Part shown: one piece after another, positions 6,384 to 15,305 of the stretch
Layout of the letters: each line of letters begins with the position of its first letter
Position numbering within the stretch: position 1 is the stretch's first letter
NCBI RefSeq assembly: GCF_000017845.1
Contig: NC_010547.1
Span: 360,001 to 392,000 of the forward strand
DNA from: Crocosphaera subtropica ATCC 51142
GTDB lineage: Bacteria; Cyanobacteriota; Cyanobacteriia; Cyanobacteriales; Microcystaceae
Length of the DNA: 32,000 nucleotides
Direction: 5' to 3'
Notes under the pieces: model-generated
The model's input: the letters and a program-made list of their open reading frames with translations, nothing else
What the model was told of the DNA's origin: nothing
Database searches by the model: none
Made by a program: the position numbers and the translations under genes

Positions 6384-9357
6384 ATGCCCGTCCAGTTTCT
6401 CTCTGAGGCAGAACATAAGTCTCTCAATCGTTTTCCAAGCGAAGTTAGTTCAGAAGATTTGAATCGCTTTTTCTTACTCTCGGATCAAGAATTATCAATT
6501 CTCAAACAACTTCGAGCCGAACATAATCGTCTGGGCTTTGCTTTACAGTTATGCTGTTTGCGGTATTTAGGGTTTTTCCCTGAAGAACTTCAGTTACCAA
6601 AGCCAGTGATTAACTATGTCGCTCAACAGTTACAGTTAATTCCAGAGTTATTAGTTTTCTATGGTCAACGCTCAAGCACCCAAAGAGAACATCAACGAAA
6701 AATACAAGCATTATTAGGATATCATCGTGCGTCTAATTCTGATTTGTTGAATTTAGAGCAATGGTTGACGGAGCGAGCATTAGAACACAATCAACCCTTA
6801 TTACTGTTCCACATGGCTTGCGAACACCTCAAACAGCAAAAAATCATTCGTATTGGCACAACGATTCTCGCGAAGATGGTTGCTACAGCTAGAACTAAAG
6901 CCAACGAACTAATCTACCAAAGCCTTCAAAATTTGTTAACCCAGGATAAGACTACTTGGCTTGATGGTTTGTTAGAAGTAGAGCCAAATGAGAAAAGAAC
7001 CCGTCTTTCCTGGCTACAGAAAACTCCAACAGGCAATAATCCCCAACAGATTTTAGAAACTCTTGATAAGATATCATTTCTACAACAACATCAGGTTGAT
7101 GCTTGGAATTTGAGTCAACTCAATCCCAACCGTATTAATTACTTAGCAAAAATTGGGGCAAGAGCCACCAATCAATACCTTCAAAGAGCTTCGGAAATTA
7201 GACGCTATCCTATCCTTATTTGCTTTCTCAAGCAGTCATTGTATAATTTCACTGATGATCTAATTGAAATGGTAGACCAACGTTTGTGGGAGTTATATAA
7301 CCAAGCAAAACGTAACTTCGATAGCGATCGCTTGATGGCTAGTAAAACCATTGACGAGAAGTTGAAGATGTTACAAAATATCGGTCAAATTCTTTTAGAT
7401 GGAGACATCGAAGATAATTCGGTTCGAGTTAAAACATTTGAATATATTACTCCTGACAATTTAAAGGCATCACTCTCTGAAACCCAACAGCTAATTCGTC
7501 CTGAAAATGATGCTTATGTTGATTACTTCGGGAAGTCCTATAATCGCGTTCGACGTTTTTCGAGTAAACTTTTGGCCACACTGAAATTTCAAGTCAAAGG
7601 TAGTGATTCGGGGTTACTAACAGCACTAAATTTAGTCCACGAAATCCACCTGGGACGAAGACGAAAATTACCTGATGAGGCTCCCACTGAGTTTGTCCCA
7701 GAGTCTTGGCGGCCTTATGTTCAGTCGGGTCAAAAACTTAATCGACGCTACTACGAACTAGCAGCCTTGTGGTTCTTACGACAACAGTTACGTTCGGGAG
7801 ATATTTATCTGGCTCAAAGTCGTCGTTTTAGCGAACTAGAAACCTATTTTATTCCACCAAAAGAATGGTCATTATGCCGAGATGAAGTAGTCAATTTAAC
7901 GGGAACGCCTATTGATGCCAGGCTTCGTCTAACCGAAAGAGAAAAGGAATTGGTTATTTTAATGGGGCAGGTCGAAGAACTGCTAAATCAACCAGATAGC
8001 GATCTCATAGAAGAACGAGGGAAGTTAGTTCTCAGTCCTTTTAAGGCAGACGAGAAAAACCTGGAGTTGAAACGTTTAGCTGAAGAAATTACTACTCGCT
8101 TGCCTAGAATTGAAATTACCGATCTTTTAGTAGAAGTAGATAGTTGGACTAATTTTAGTAACGCCTTTGAACATCTTAATCTAGCTCAAAATAAAGATTC
8201 TAATACCTTACTCAGTCTCTACAGTTGTTTATTGGCCCAAGCTTGTAATTTAGATTTCCAACAAATGGCCACCTCGACAGGGTTATTGTACAGACGTTTG
8301 TGTTGGTTCAATAATTGGTACATCCGCGATGAAACCTTGCGTTTAGCTAACAACGCATTGATTGATTATCATTATGACTTGCCTTTGAGTCATTTATGGG
8401 GTGGTGGAATGTTATCTTCCTCTGATGGTCAAAGATTTCCCGCTAAAGGTTCTTTACGCCAAGCTCGTTCCTTACCCCGTTACTTTGGTTATGGGAAAGG
8501 AGTGACTTTTTATAGTTGGACTAGCGACCAATTTTCCCAGTATGGCAGTAAACCAATTCCTGCCACAGTTAGAGATGCCACCTATGTTCTCGATGAAATT
8601 CTCAACAATGAAACCGAACTATCAATCTTAGAACATACGACCGATACAGCAGGATATACAGAAGTGATTTTTGCTCTGTTCGATTTGTTAGGAATGCGCT
8701 TTTCTCCCCGTATTCGAGATTTAGCCGACCAAAAGCTTTATCGAACCAGTAATACTGACCTCGGTCTATATCCCCTACTCAAGAAGCATATTCAGGGAAT
8801 CATAAATCAGAGATTAATTTTGGATGATTGGGATGAGATGTTGCGCTTGGTGGGTTCCTTAAAAATGGGCTGGGTTACAGCCTCATTAATCATCCAAAAA
8901 CTTCAAGCCTTTCCTCGAAAACATCCTTTAATGCGGGTTCTTCAAGAGTATGGCAGGCTCATCAAAACTATTCATATTCTTCGTTGGTATGCTGATGAAG
9001 CTAATCGACGCAGACAAAGAGCGACAATTGAATAAAGGAGAAGCTTTGCACAGTCTACGTTCTCATCTTTTTTATGCCAATCAAGGAGAAATTAAAACTC
9101 AGCAGGATGACCAGTTGCTAAATCAAGTAGGATGTCTGAATTTAGTCACTAATGCCATTATTGTCTGGAATACAGTTTATATCGATAAAGTCGTTCAGCA
9201 ACTTCAACAAGAAGGTTATGCTGTCGATGATGAAAATTTAAAGCATATTTGGCCAACTCGTCATGCACATATCAATGTTTATGGACAATATCATTTTGAT
9301 AAAAAACGATTGAGGAAAAAACATCCCTTGAGAGCCTTACGAAATCCTAATTCTTGA
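6384..9357 (+). pseudogene. tnpA: Tn3-family DDE transposase interrupted by a +1 frame change near 9015
   Basis: The 883-aa ORF (6384-9035) has a DUF4158-like N-terminus and the motifs SSDGQRF and HTTDTAGYT. The conserved C-terminal block RQLNKGEALHSLRSHLFYANQGEI continues only in the overlapping ORF 8950-9357. The two frames join within CGACGCAGACAAAGAGCGACAATTG. Confidence 0.85.
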
Positions 9358-9396
9358 CCTTACCGACCAAAATTTCTCCGTTGCTATACAAAGGCG
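9358..9396. repeat. IR-R of Tn3-family element 2
   Basis: CCTTACCGACCAAAATTTCTCCGTTGCTATACAAAGGCG is the exact reverse complement of 5645-5683. Confidence 0.9.
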
Positions 9397-9851
9397 AAAT
9401 TGAAAGACCTAAAAAATGCCGAAAACAGTTTTATAGTGGAAAACAAAAAGAACACACTCTCAAAACACAATTAGTAATTCAACAAAAAACTGGTCAAATC
9501 ATCTGTATTGTAAATGGAAAAGGGAAAACTCACGATTTTAAACTATTTTAAAATAGTGGGGTTAAATTTGGAGATTTAATCAAAGTAATTGCCGAAAAAG
9601 GATATCAAGGAATAGCTAAAATTCATAAATTAAGTCAAACCCCAATTAAGAAAAAGAAAGGGAAGAAATTAAGTAAAGAAGAGAAAAAATATAATCGGGA
9701 ACTGAATCGATTAAGAATTACAGTAGAACATATTAATAGACGACTTAAAATCTTTAAAATTCTCTCTTATCCTTACCGAAATCGTGGAAAAAGATTCGGA
9801 TTAAGAGCGAACTTAATAGCAGGACTTCATAACTACGATTTGGCTAATTAA
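9397..9851 (+). pseudogene. C-terminal remnant of an IS5-type (Harbinger/DDE_Tnp_4-like) transposase
   Basis: It begins abruptly at IR-R with ..IERPKKCRKQFYSGKQKEHTLKTQLVIQQKTGQIICIVNGKGKTHDFKLF. An in-frame TAA follows at 9549-9551, then NSGVKFGDLIKVIAEKGYQGIAK...RITVEHINRRLKIFKIL..YRNRGKRFGLRANLIAGLHNYDLAN*. The N-terminal half is missing, and the usual ADKGYQG reads AEKGYQG. Confidence 0.75.
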
Positions 9852-10065
9852 GTTGTAAAAAAATCCATTTACTCTCTAGTTATTTGAGCTTTTAATCATT
9901 AGCTGAACTGACTTGTGCTGCCCATTTTTAATTATTTTGGTTGGTGGCAATCGCTGACAACTATCTCATTCAAAAAAATCAGGAATTCTGGGTGTCTTGT
10001 CACATAAATTTAGATAAAAAAATACCATTCAATTATATCATAAAAGACTTTTGCAAGAGGTCTAA

Positions 10066-10323
10066 TCATCGCTTTTTGAGGAGAAACATAATCAAAGTAA
10101 GTATCAGGAGTATAATCAAAACCAAAACCCATAAAGAGCCAATTGCAATATAAAACACAGAATAAAAAAAAAGATATTCAGCCAATGTTTGCTTGATGGG
10201 GGAACATGAAGGATGAGGAGCCATTATAGGACAGTATTCATCCACTATCAGAAACAAAAGAAGAGGAAATCCAGCAATAACTAGGATAAGAATCAGTATC
10301 CCTATTAATTTTAATTCTTTCAT
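10066..10323 (-). CDS. small hypothetical membrane protein (2 TM helices)
   Basis: 85-aa ORF with two long hydrophobic segments and a Cys/Pro-containing loop (DEYCPIMAPHPSCSP). I recognise no family. Confidence 0.45.
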   Translation of the reverse strand: MKELKLIGILILILVIAGFPLLLFLIVDEYCPIMAPHPSCSPIKQTLAEYLFFYSVFYIAIGSLWVLVLIILLILTLIMFLLKKR

Positions 10324-10358
10324 CAGTGAAACTTAACTAGGTTTTATTCGCCATTGTC

Positions 10359-10856
10359 TTATGGAGCAAATTCATAAATATCGACCAAATTAATCTCATC
10401 ACCAATGCTTAACTTGTCTGCTTTTTCCTGAAACTGTTGTTCGTTGAAAGGACCGTGTGCTACTGGCGTTTTTGTATCCAAAATCCAATAATCAAAAACT
10501 TCAGGATCTTCTTCCATATAGGTATCATCGGGATTATTGGGACTTCGCCGTTTCAAACCTTGACGTTTTGCTGCGACAAAGTCATTGACAACGGATATCT
10601 CAACGACTTTGGCGGGAATCGAAGGCTGTTGAGTTTGTATTGACGATCCATCTAGCAACAAAATTTGTATATCAACAGAATTGACTCGTACCAGTTGGTA
10701 TCCATTGGGCAACTTGGTACTAAAATCTTGCGCCCCTGGAGTCAAAGCATCAAACAAATCATCAAAACTCTGTTTTTCTTGGGCAAACACATTAAAAATA
10801 CTGTTGGTAATGGCAGCCAAGCCAACACAGAAGAGAATAATAACTAATTTTCTCAT
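10359..10856 (-). CDS. hypothetical secreted protein
   Basis: 165-aa ORF with an N-terminal signal-peptide-like segment (MRKLVIILFCVGLAAITNSIFNVFAQE). The remainder is hydrophilic, and I recognise no family. Confidence 0.55.
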   Translation of the reverse strand: MRKLVIILFCVGLAAITNSIFNVFAQEKQSFDDLFDALTPGAQDFSTKLPNGYQLVRVNSVDIQILLLDGSSIQTQQPSIPAKVVEISVVNDFVAAKRQGLKRRSPNNPDDTYMEEDPEVFDYWILDTKTPVAHGPFNEQQFQEKADKLSIGDEINLVDIYEFAP

Positions 10857-10908
10857 GTTAATGCCTCGTTATACTTAATTTAGATAACTATAAACTTTAT
10901 CTCAATAT

Positions 10909-11352
10909 TTAACCTTTATTAAACCAAGGGGCTGCTTTATAAGTCGCCCAAGCTGCTAAGGGATAAGTACCAAGTTGTACTAAAAAACTTGTTATATAAC
11001 CACCATTAACTCGTCCTGGAGGTGCTTGGCTCCCGACTGAAGTCCATGGCTCAGAAAATGCAACAGGCACAATCAGGAATAAACCGTAACCTAATCCTAG
11101 CCAAACGGCATTTTGAGACGGACGACCACGAACCCAAAGGATTGTCACCAAAAAGCCGAGTGGCATAGCAATAATTGCTCCAGGAAGGATCGAAGTCACT
11201 GTCCCGATTAGAACCCATCCAAAAGAAAGAGAGTTTTCTAATAACCCTCTGGCATAGCAGACAAGGAAGTAGGTAACAGCAGCAGCAAGTCCTGAAACTG
11301 TCATAGTTACTCCAATGGCTGGTGCAGTTCGGTATAGTGAACGTGATTTCAT
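10909..11352 (-). CDS. hypothetical integral membrane protein (about 4 TM helices)
   Basis: 147-aa ORF that is Gly/Ala/Trp-rich and hydrophobic, and visibly more GC-rich than its neighbours. I recognise no family. Confidence 0.55.
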   Translation of the reverse strand: MKSRSLYRTAPAIGVTMTVSGLAAAVTYFLVCYARGLLENSLSFGWVLIGTVTSILPGAIIAMPLGFLVTILWVRGRPSQNAVWLGLGYGLFLIVPVAFSEPWTSVGSQAPPGRVNGGYITSFLVQLGTYPLAAWATYKAAPWFNKG

Positions 11353-11540
11353 AACACGGTACTCATCAAATTAGAAAAAGTTAGCGTGATATGCTATTAG
11401 CCTGTTTATTAGGTATGACATCAGTTTAGGCGATCAAAACCTTGTTTTTATTCTGAAGGGGATACCCCCTCAACTGTCACATCATCAGGTAGTGTGGTGA
11501 GAAACGCTATATTTAACTTGCTTTATGCAACCTAAGCTAG

Positions 11541-12452
11541 TTACTGAGTTTCTTCCCGCCAAATTTGCCAATAATTACCTAAACGTTCGATAAATATTGT
11601 TGGTTTTTCGGTATAAATGCGTTGTCCTAAAAATATAGCTGATAACTGTAATTCACCACGACGGCGATCAATTAAAGCAGTTAGAGTTTCTAAATTCTTT
11701 TCAATATCGAATCTTTCTGAGTTATTTAAAATGAATTTTTTTAAGATTGCTAAATCGTGGTCTTCGCCCAAATAATCAGATAGATCGTGAGTTTGGTCAA
11801 CCCATTCTTCGATTATCTCAGACCAAATAGGTCTCAGAATTCTTAGTTGATAGCGCAGATATTTGACTCGCTTACGCCATTCATGAAGGTTTTCTGCCGA
11901 GGGTTCGGACATGGATCGGTGTAAGCTTTTATAACCACGCTTGTAAACCCGTTTTAAACTTTTATCGACCGTCGACCAATTACTTGAGGTGATTTCCCAG
12001 TTATTGATGGCATTTTCGGCATCTTTTAGTTGATTTTGGACAGAAATTATAATATCTTCATCCAAGACTCGCTGATATTCTCTATGATAATCCACTTGTA
12101 ATTCTCGGCGAATATCTGTAAAAGTCATAGGGGTAACTGTATCGGCAAAATGTGTAGTTAAATTATCTAAGGTTTCAATTAGCACTTTCCTATCTCTTAG
12201 GTTGGCTAGACTTCGTCCTAGATCGCGCAAGTGAGTATTTTCCTGTTTATAAGTTTCTGATTGTAGGTGATTCCGTACTAAACGCAAAACCGCTCTAATT
12301 TTCTTTAACCGTTTACGAGCTTGGTGAACGGCTTCGTCAATGCCAAGCTTATCGGTATCAGTTAATTCTACTATTGCTTTTTCTCTTTGTTCTTGGGCAA
12401 TTCTTTTAATACCTCTCGGTATGGATTCTTGGCCTTTTAGTCGATAAGTCAT
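11541..12452 (-). CDS. CHAD domain-containing protein (polyphosphate-granule associated family)
   Basis: All-helical protein with the conserved His/Arg pattern of CHAD: AVHQARKRLKKIRAVLRL, HEWRKRVKYLRYQLRIL and LGEDHDLAIL. I prefer the ATG giving MTYRLKG (12452). The ORF track extends it to a TTG at 12503. Confidence 0.8.
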   Translation of the reverse strand: MTYRLKGQESIPRGIKRIAQEQREKAIVELTDTDKLGIDEAVHQARKRLKKIRAVLRLVRNHLQSETYKQENTHLRDLGRSLANLRDRKVLIETLDNLTTHFADTVTPMTFTDIRRELQVDYHREYQRVLDEDIIISVQNQLKDAENAINNWEITSSNWSTVDKSLKRVYKRGYKSLHRSMSEPSAENLHEWRKRVKYLRYQLRILRPIWSEIIEEWVDQTHDLSDYLGEDHDLAILKKFILNNSERFDIEKNLETLTALIDRRRGELQLSAIFLGQRIYTEKPTIFIERLGNYWQIWREETQ

Positions 12453-12607
12453 TGAATAGTCTTGTGCTTGTTCTAAGAGATTTTCTGGATGAGGCACTAC
12501 CAAGCTAAATTACATCGAGATCCTCTATGCTACTTCTTCTATACATTATACTACATTTTTTGGGGGCTAACGCATCTCTGGAGTTTAGACTAACGTTAGC
12601 TGATAGG

Positions 12608-12628
12608 GTTTAGAGCCACATATCATAC
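12608..12628. repeat. left copy of a 21-bp perfect inverted repeat
   Basis: GTTTAGAGCCACATATCATAC is the exact reverse complement of 13546-13566. Confidence 0.85.
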
Positions 12629-13019
12629 TCAGACCAAAAAGGGCCAAATCCGACAGCTTCTTGTTGCCATCCTTGTTGAGCGTCATGATCAAGCTTGTCT
12701 GTAAAAATAGTTTTTTTAACAGGGGAAGAGGACTCAAGACAAGAGCTTTGTAGCAAAGTCGTGGGGGATTGGGATCTCGACCCCTTTCGAGACAAGGTTT
12801 CTTTTAATAGCATTAGATTAACTTGTTTTCTTTGTGTCTGCCCCTAACATCTCTTATGAGAGTTATTAGATAACTCTCGTAGCAGAAAATTTCTTTCTGT
12901 CAAGAGCAGATTAACGTCTCTTTAATTATTCCTTAAAAAACAAGGGGGTTGGGAAGATTTTTCAGCTTTCTTAATTAATCTTAATAGTCGAAACACGGCA
13001 AGACTCCCAGGTGCTTCTT

Positions 13020-13517
13020 TGAGTTAGAGGACTTTCCCTGATAACGGTGTGACCATTAATTTTGACAATGAAACTCAGAGAGAAACAACGTGAAAGTTTA
13101 CGGTATCCCCAACGGAACAGATGGCTTTATTGAAATAGCTAATGGACTGTGCCGACCAGAAGACTTAGAGATAGGGGAACACAGCTTTGATATTCCCGGA
13201 CAAAAGGGAATGAATATGGTTTTATTCTCAGTGGTAGTGTGATAGGCTGCCGTGGCAAAAAGAAAGAAAGCCCTGGAGAAAGGGAAAAGATACTTGAAGC
13301 CTATCGGTAGTTAAACTTAGATGCCTTAATTGTTGTCGGTGGAGATGGGAGCCTAGAAATTATTAATGACTTGGCTGAGCAAGGGAATTGGAAATGGATT
13401 GCCATCCCGAAGACGATTGATAACGATCTTCCTTTAACTCAGCAAGTAGTGGAATTTAATCCCGCCGTAGATATTTTAACGAAGGCCCTCTACAATCTAA
13501 CCTTCACTGCATCTTAA
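13020..13517 (+). pseudogene. pfkA: decayed 6-phosphofructokinase gene
   Basis: The best-preserved block is [66 protein letters not shown], matching the PfkA motifs GGDGS and IPKTIDND. An in-frame TAG lies at 13308-13310 just upstream (..KILEAYR*LNLDAL..). There is at least one frameshift further upstream (VKVYGIPNGTDGFIE is in another frame). The C-terminal third is missing. Confidence 0.7.
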
Positions 13518-13545
13518 GATTTATTGAGAAAACTGAGAAATCTCG

Positions 13546-13566
13546 GTATGATATGTGGCTCTAAAC
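13546..13566. repeat. right copy of a 21-bp perfect inverted repeat
   Basis: GTATGATATGTGGCTCTAAAC is the exact reverse complement of 12608-12628. Confidence 0.85.
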
Positions 13567-13885
13567 GCGATTGATCTTATAACTATGTTCCCAATCGTGA
13601 TGACATTGTATTAAGATTCGGTAAATTTTTGATTAACTCAACTTACTATTTTATTGGCTTTTTCTAAAGTATAGTAAGATGGATATATATTAATTATTTA
13701 ATAACTTTTAGTTGTATGCGACCTGAAGATATAGAAGTTTTATGGATTGCCATAGTTAGTTCTAGTTTGTCTTTTATGCTCACAGTTTTGTTGAGTTTTT
13801 AGAAGTCTTATCCATAATCTTGAATGTTGATAAATTTAAGTATTTATCCTCAACATTGAAAAACTAGCACATAATTAAAAAGAAT

Positions 13886-14071
13886 ATGTCGATAAAAAAT
13901 AATAACAATAAAGTTTGGGTGATTGTTTCTAATAATGTTCCTATAGAAGTTTATGAAGATGAGTTGACGGCTCAACAAGTTGCTTACCAATGGAACGAAC
14001 AATCTCAAGCACATATTACCTGTTATCAGGTTCCTCTGATCAGCCAATCTTCAACATCGGATAATTCATAA
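13886..14071 (+). CDS. hypothetical small protein
   Basis: 61-aa ORF with no recognisable motif. It lies in an AT-rich region between decayed genes, so coding status is uncertain. Confidence 0.25.
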   Translation: MSIKNNNNKVWVIVSNNVPIEVYEDELTAQQVAYQWNEQSQAHITCYQVPLISQSSTSDNS

Positions 14072-14100
14072 CTCATTCTCGACAAATTGATCAATCTTCC

Positions 14101-14680
14101 TCGTCCAAGATGGTTTGTAAACAATAGCAGTTACGTCCTGTAGCTTTAGCACGATAAAGTGCCATATCGACCTTCTCAAATAGAGTCTGAGTAGATAAGA
14201 AAGTTGTAGGAAAACTTACAGCTATACCTAAACTAATAGTGACATAACGACTGACGGGAGAGGGATTGTGAGCAATTTGTTCAAGTTCTATCCTTTGAAC
14301 AAGTTGTGTTGATAATAACGATTAAAATAACGACGATTAGGAATGGTGGTTAAGTCATCAAAAAAAACTAAATTTTCTTGGTTAGCTAAATATGATAATA
14401 ATCGAGCGATTATTTGAGTTGAACTATCTCCTTTCATGGAGCCAATAGGTTGTTGGTCAGCTATAATTAGATATTCTGCTGTTGAATTTATTATAAATTC
14501 TCCTAATAATAAATGTCCATTAACGTCTTCAATAGAAACTGGAGTTTCGATTAAGTGAATCAAGTCAGAGAGTAGAGATTTGATTTCAAAATCATCAATA
14601 ATTTCTTTTAACGATGTGTCATGATTCATTATTCTGAGCAACTTAATCTCATTTTTACCTAATGTTAACTTTGAGTCCAT
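14101..14680 (-). pseudogene. diguanylate cyclase (GGDEF) gene with its catalytic core deleted
   Basis: ORF 14288-14680 encodes a sensor-like N-terminus and the start of a GGDEF domain (FFDDLTTIPNRRYF), then stops. In another frame, 14101-14285 encodes the domain end (VTISLGIAVSF...FEKVDMALYRAKATGRNCY). About 90 aa, including the GG(D/E)EF motif, are absent. Confidence 0.7.
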
Positions 14681-14823
14681 ATTAGAAAGTTTACTTGAAT
14701 TTTGAATAAATTAATCAATCAATTGTTTTTAACAAGCTTATTATTAGATTAGGCTCTAAATTAAAATTAGCTGTAATTGAAATCACAGAGAAATTATGAT
14801 TTGATTTTTTGCGCATCAAAAAA

Positions 14824-14858
14824 GAGAAAAAGGGCATAAAATTCTAACTCTTTTTCTC
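14824..14858 (-). terminator. possible weak intrinsic terminator downstream of the CNB-domain gene
   Basis: On the minus strand, GAGAAAAAG-N17-CTTTTTCTC is followed directly by TTTTTTG. The stem has only 3 GC pairs and the loop is long, so support is weak. Confidence 0.25.
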
Positions 14859-14936
14859 CTTGATAATTGGTGATTATTCAGTATTAAGAAAAGGCAAGAG
14901 AAATGGCCATGTTAGCTGAACCAACGACATTGAACT

Positions 14937-15305
14937 TTAGCTTCGCAAACAACGCAGGCGATCAGAATAACTTTTCATAACCTCTAGGGCAAAGATAGGA
15001 GATTGTTGCACAGCAAAGAGAAAATGTTGATGGTCAAGGGAAACAAGCTGAGTGTCTGTCTGAGCCATAGCGGTGGAACTTCTTCGGTGATCACCATGAA
15101 CAAGGGCTCCGATGCCAAAAACATCTCCCGATTCAAGGGTCTCGACTACGGTATCATCGACTAAGATATTGACGTTTCCTGTAACAATTCCGTACATGAG
15201 TTGTGCTGGCTCTCCTTGAGAAAAAATGATTTCCCCAGACTTAAAAGCCTTAGTTTCACCATTGCTTTGTAGAATTTTGACAGTTTGAACGGGTTCTAAA
15301 ATCAT
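14937..15305 (-). CDS. stand-alone cyclic-nucleotide-binding (CNB/Crp-type effector) domain protein without an HTH
   Basis: It has a beta-roll pattern (FKSGEIIFSQGEPAQLMYGIVTGNVNI) and a phosphate-binding-cassette-like segment (GDVFGIGALVHGDHRRSSTAMA). No DNA-binding domain follows. I prefer the ATG giving MILEPVQ (15305). The ORF track extends it to 15377. Confidence 0.75.
   Translation of the reverse strand: MILEPVQTVKILQSNGETKAFKSGEIIFSQGEPAQLMYGIVTGNVNILVDDTVVETLESGDVFGIGALVHGDHRRSSTAMAQTDTQLVSLDHQHFLFAVQQSPIFALEVMKSYSDRLRCLRS

Larger units (their letters stand above)
5645..9396 (+). mobile_element. compact Tn3-family transposon with a tyrosine recombinase (Tn4430-like layout), element 2
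   Basis: Perfect 39-bp terminal inverted repeats enclose only a tyrosine recombinase gene (minus strand), a repeat-rich intergenic site and a ~990-aa Tn3-family tnpA. The tnpA stop codon (9355-9357) directly abuts IR-R. Confidence 0.85.

Noticed and set aside
8990-9040. Programmed ribosomal frameshift in tnpA of element 2
   Set aside because: There is no slippery heptamer (A AAA AAG type) and no obvious downstream structure at the frame junction. Tn3-family transposases are not known to use frameshifting. A mutation or a sequencing error is more likely.
9354-9551. 65-aa ORF (MTLPTKISPLLYKGEIERPKK...) taken as a real gene
   Set aside because: Its first 14 codons are the Tn3 IR-R sequence and its start is a TTG. 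The homologous transposase part only begins at 9397, so it is reported as a pseudogene fragment instead.
9941-10153. 70-aa ORF on the plus strand overlapping the 3' end of the 85-aa membrane protein gene
   Set aside because: It is antisense to a more plausible TM-protein ORF, its translation is AT-rich and low-complexity, and it has no SD.
10437-10878. Three plus-strand ORFs (10437-10643, 10665-10847, 10681-10878) antisense to the 165-aa secreted-protein gene
   Set aside because: They are mutually overlapping shadow frames of a longer ORF that has a convincing signal peptide.
11458-11468. GGGG-ATA-CCCC hairpin downstream of the CHAD gene as an intrinsic terminator
   Set aside because: The stem is only 4 bp and no U-tract follows on the minus strand. 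This is not sufficient to call a terminator.
12610-12813. 67-aa ORF (..DHDAQQGWQQEAVGFGPFWSEYDMWL) as a gene
   Set aside because: I recognise no family. Its 3' end is the left copy of the 21-bp inverted repeat, and it lies in a region of obvious gene decay. It may be a remnant of a duplicated gene end, so I leave it unannotated.
13823-13857. Imperfect hairpin TTGAATGTTGA-N-TCAACATTGAA upstream of ORF 13886-14071
   Set aside because: It has an 8-bp AT-rich perfect core with a 19-nt loop. It is not adjacent to a confident gene, so it could be chance in AT-rich DNA.
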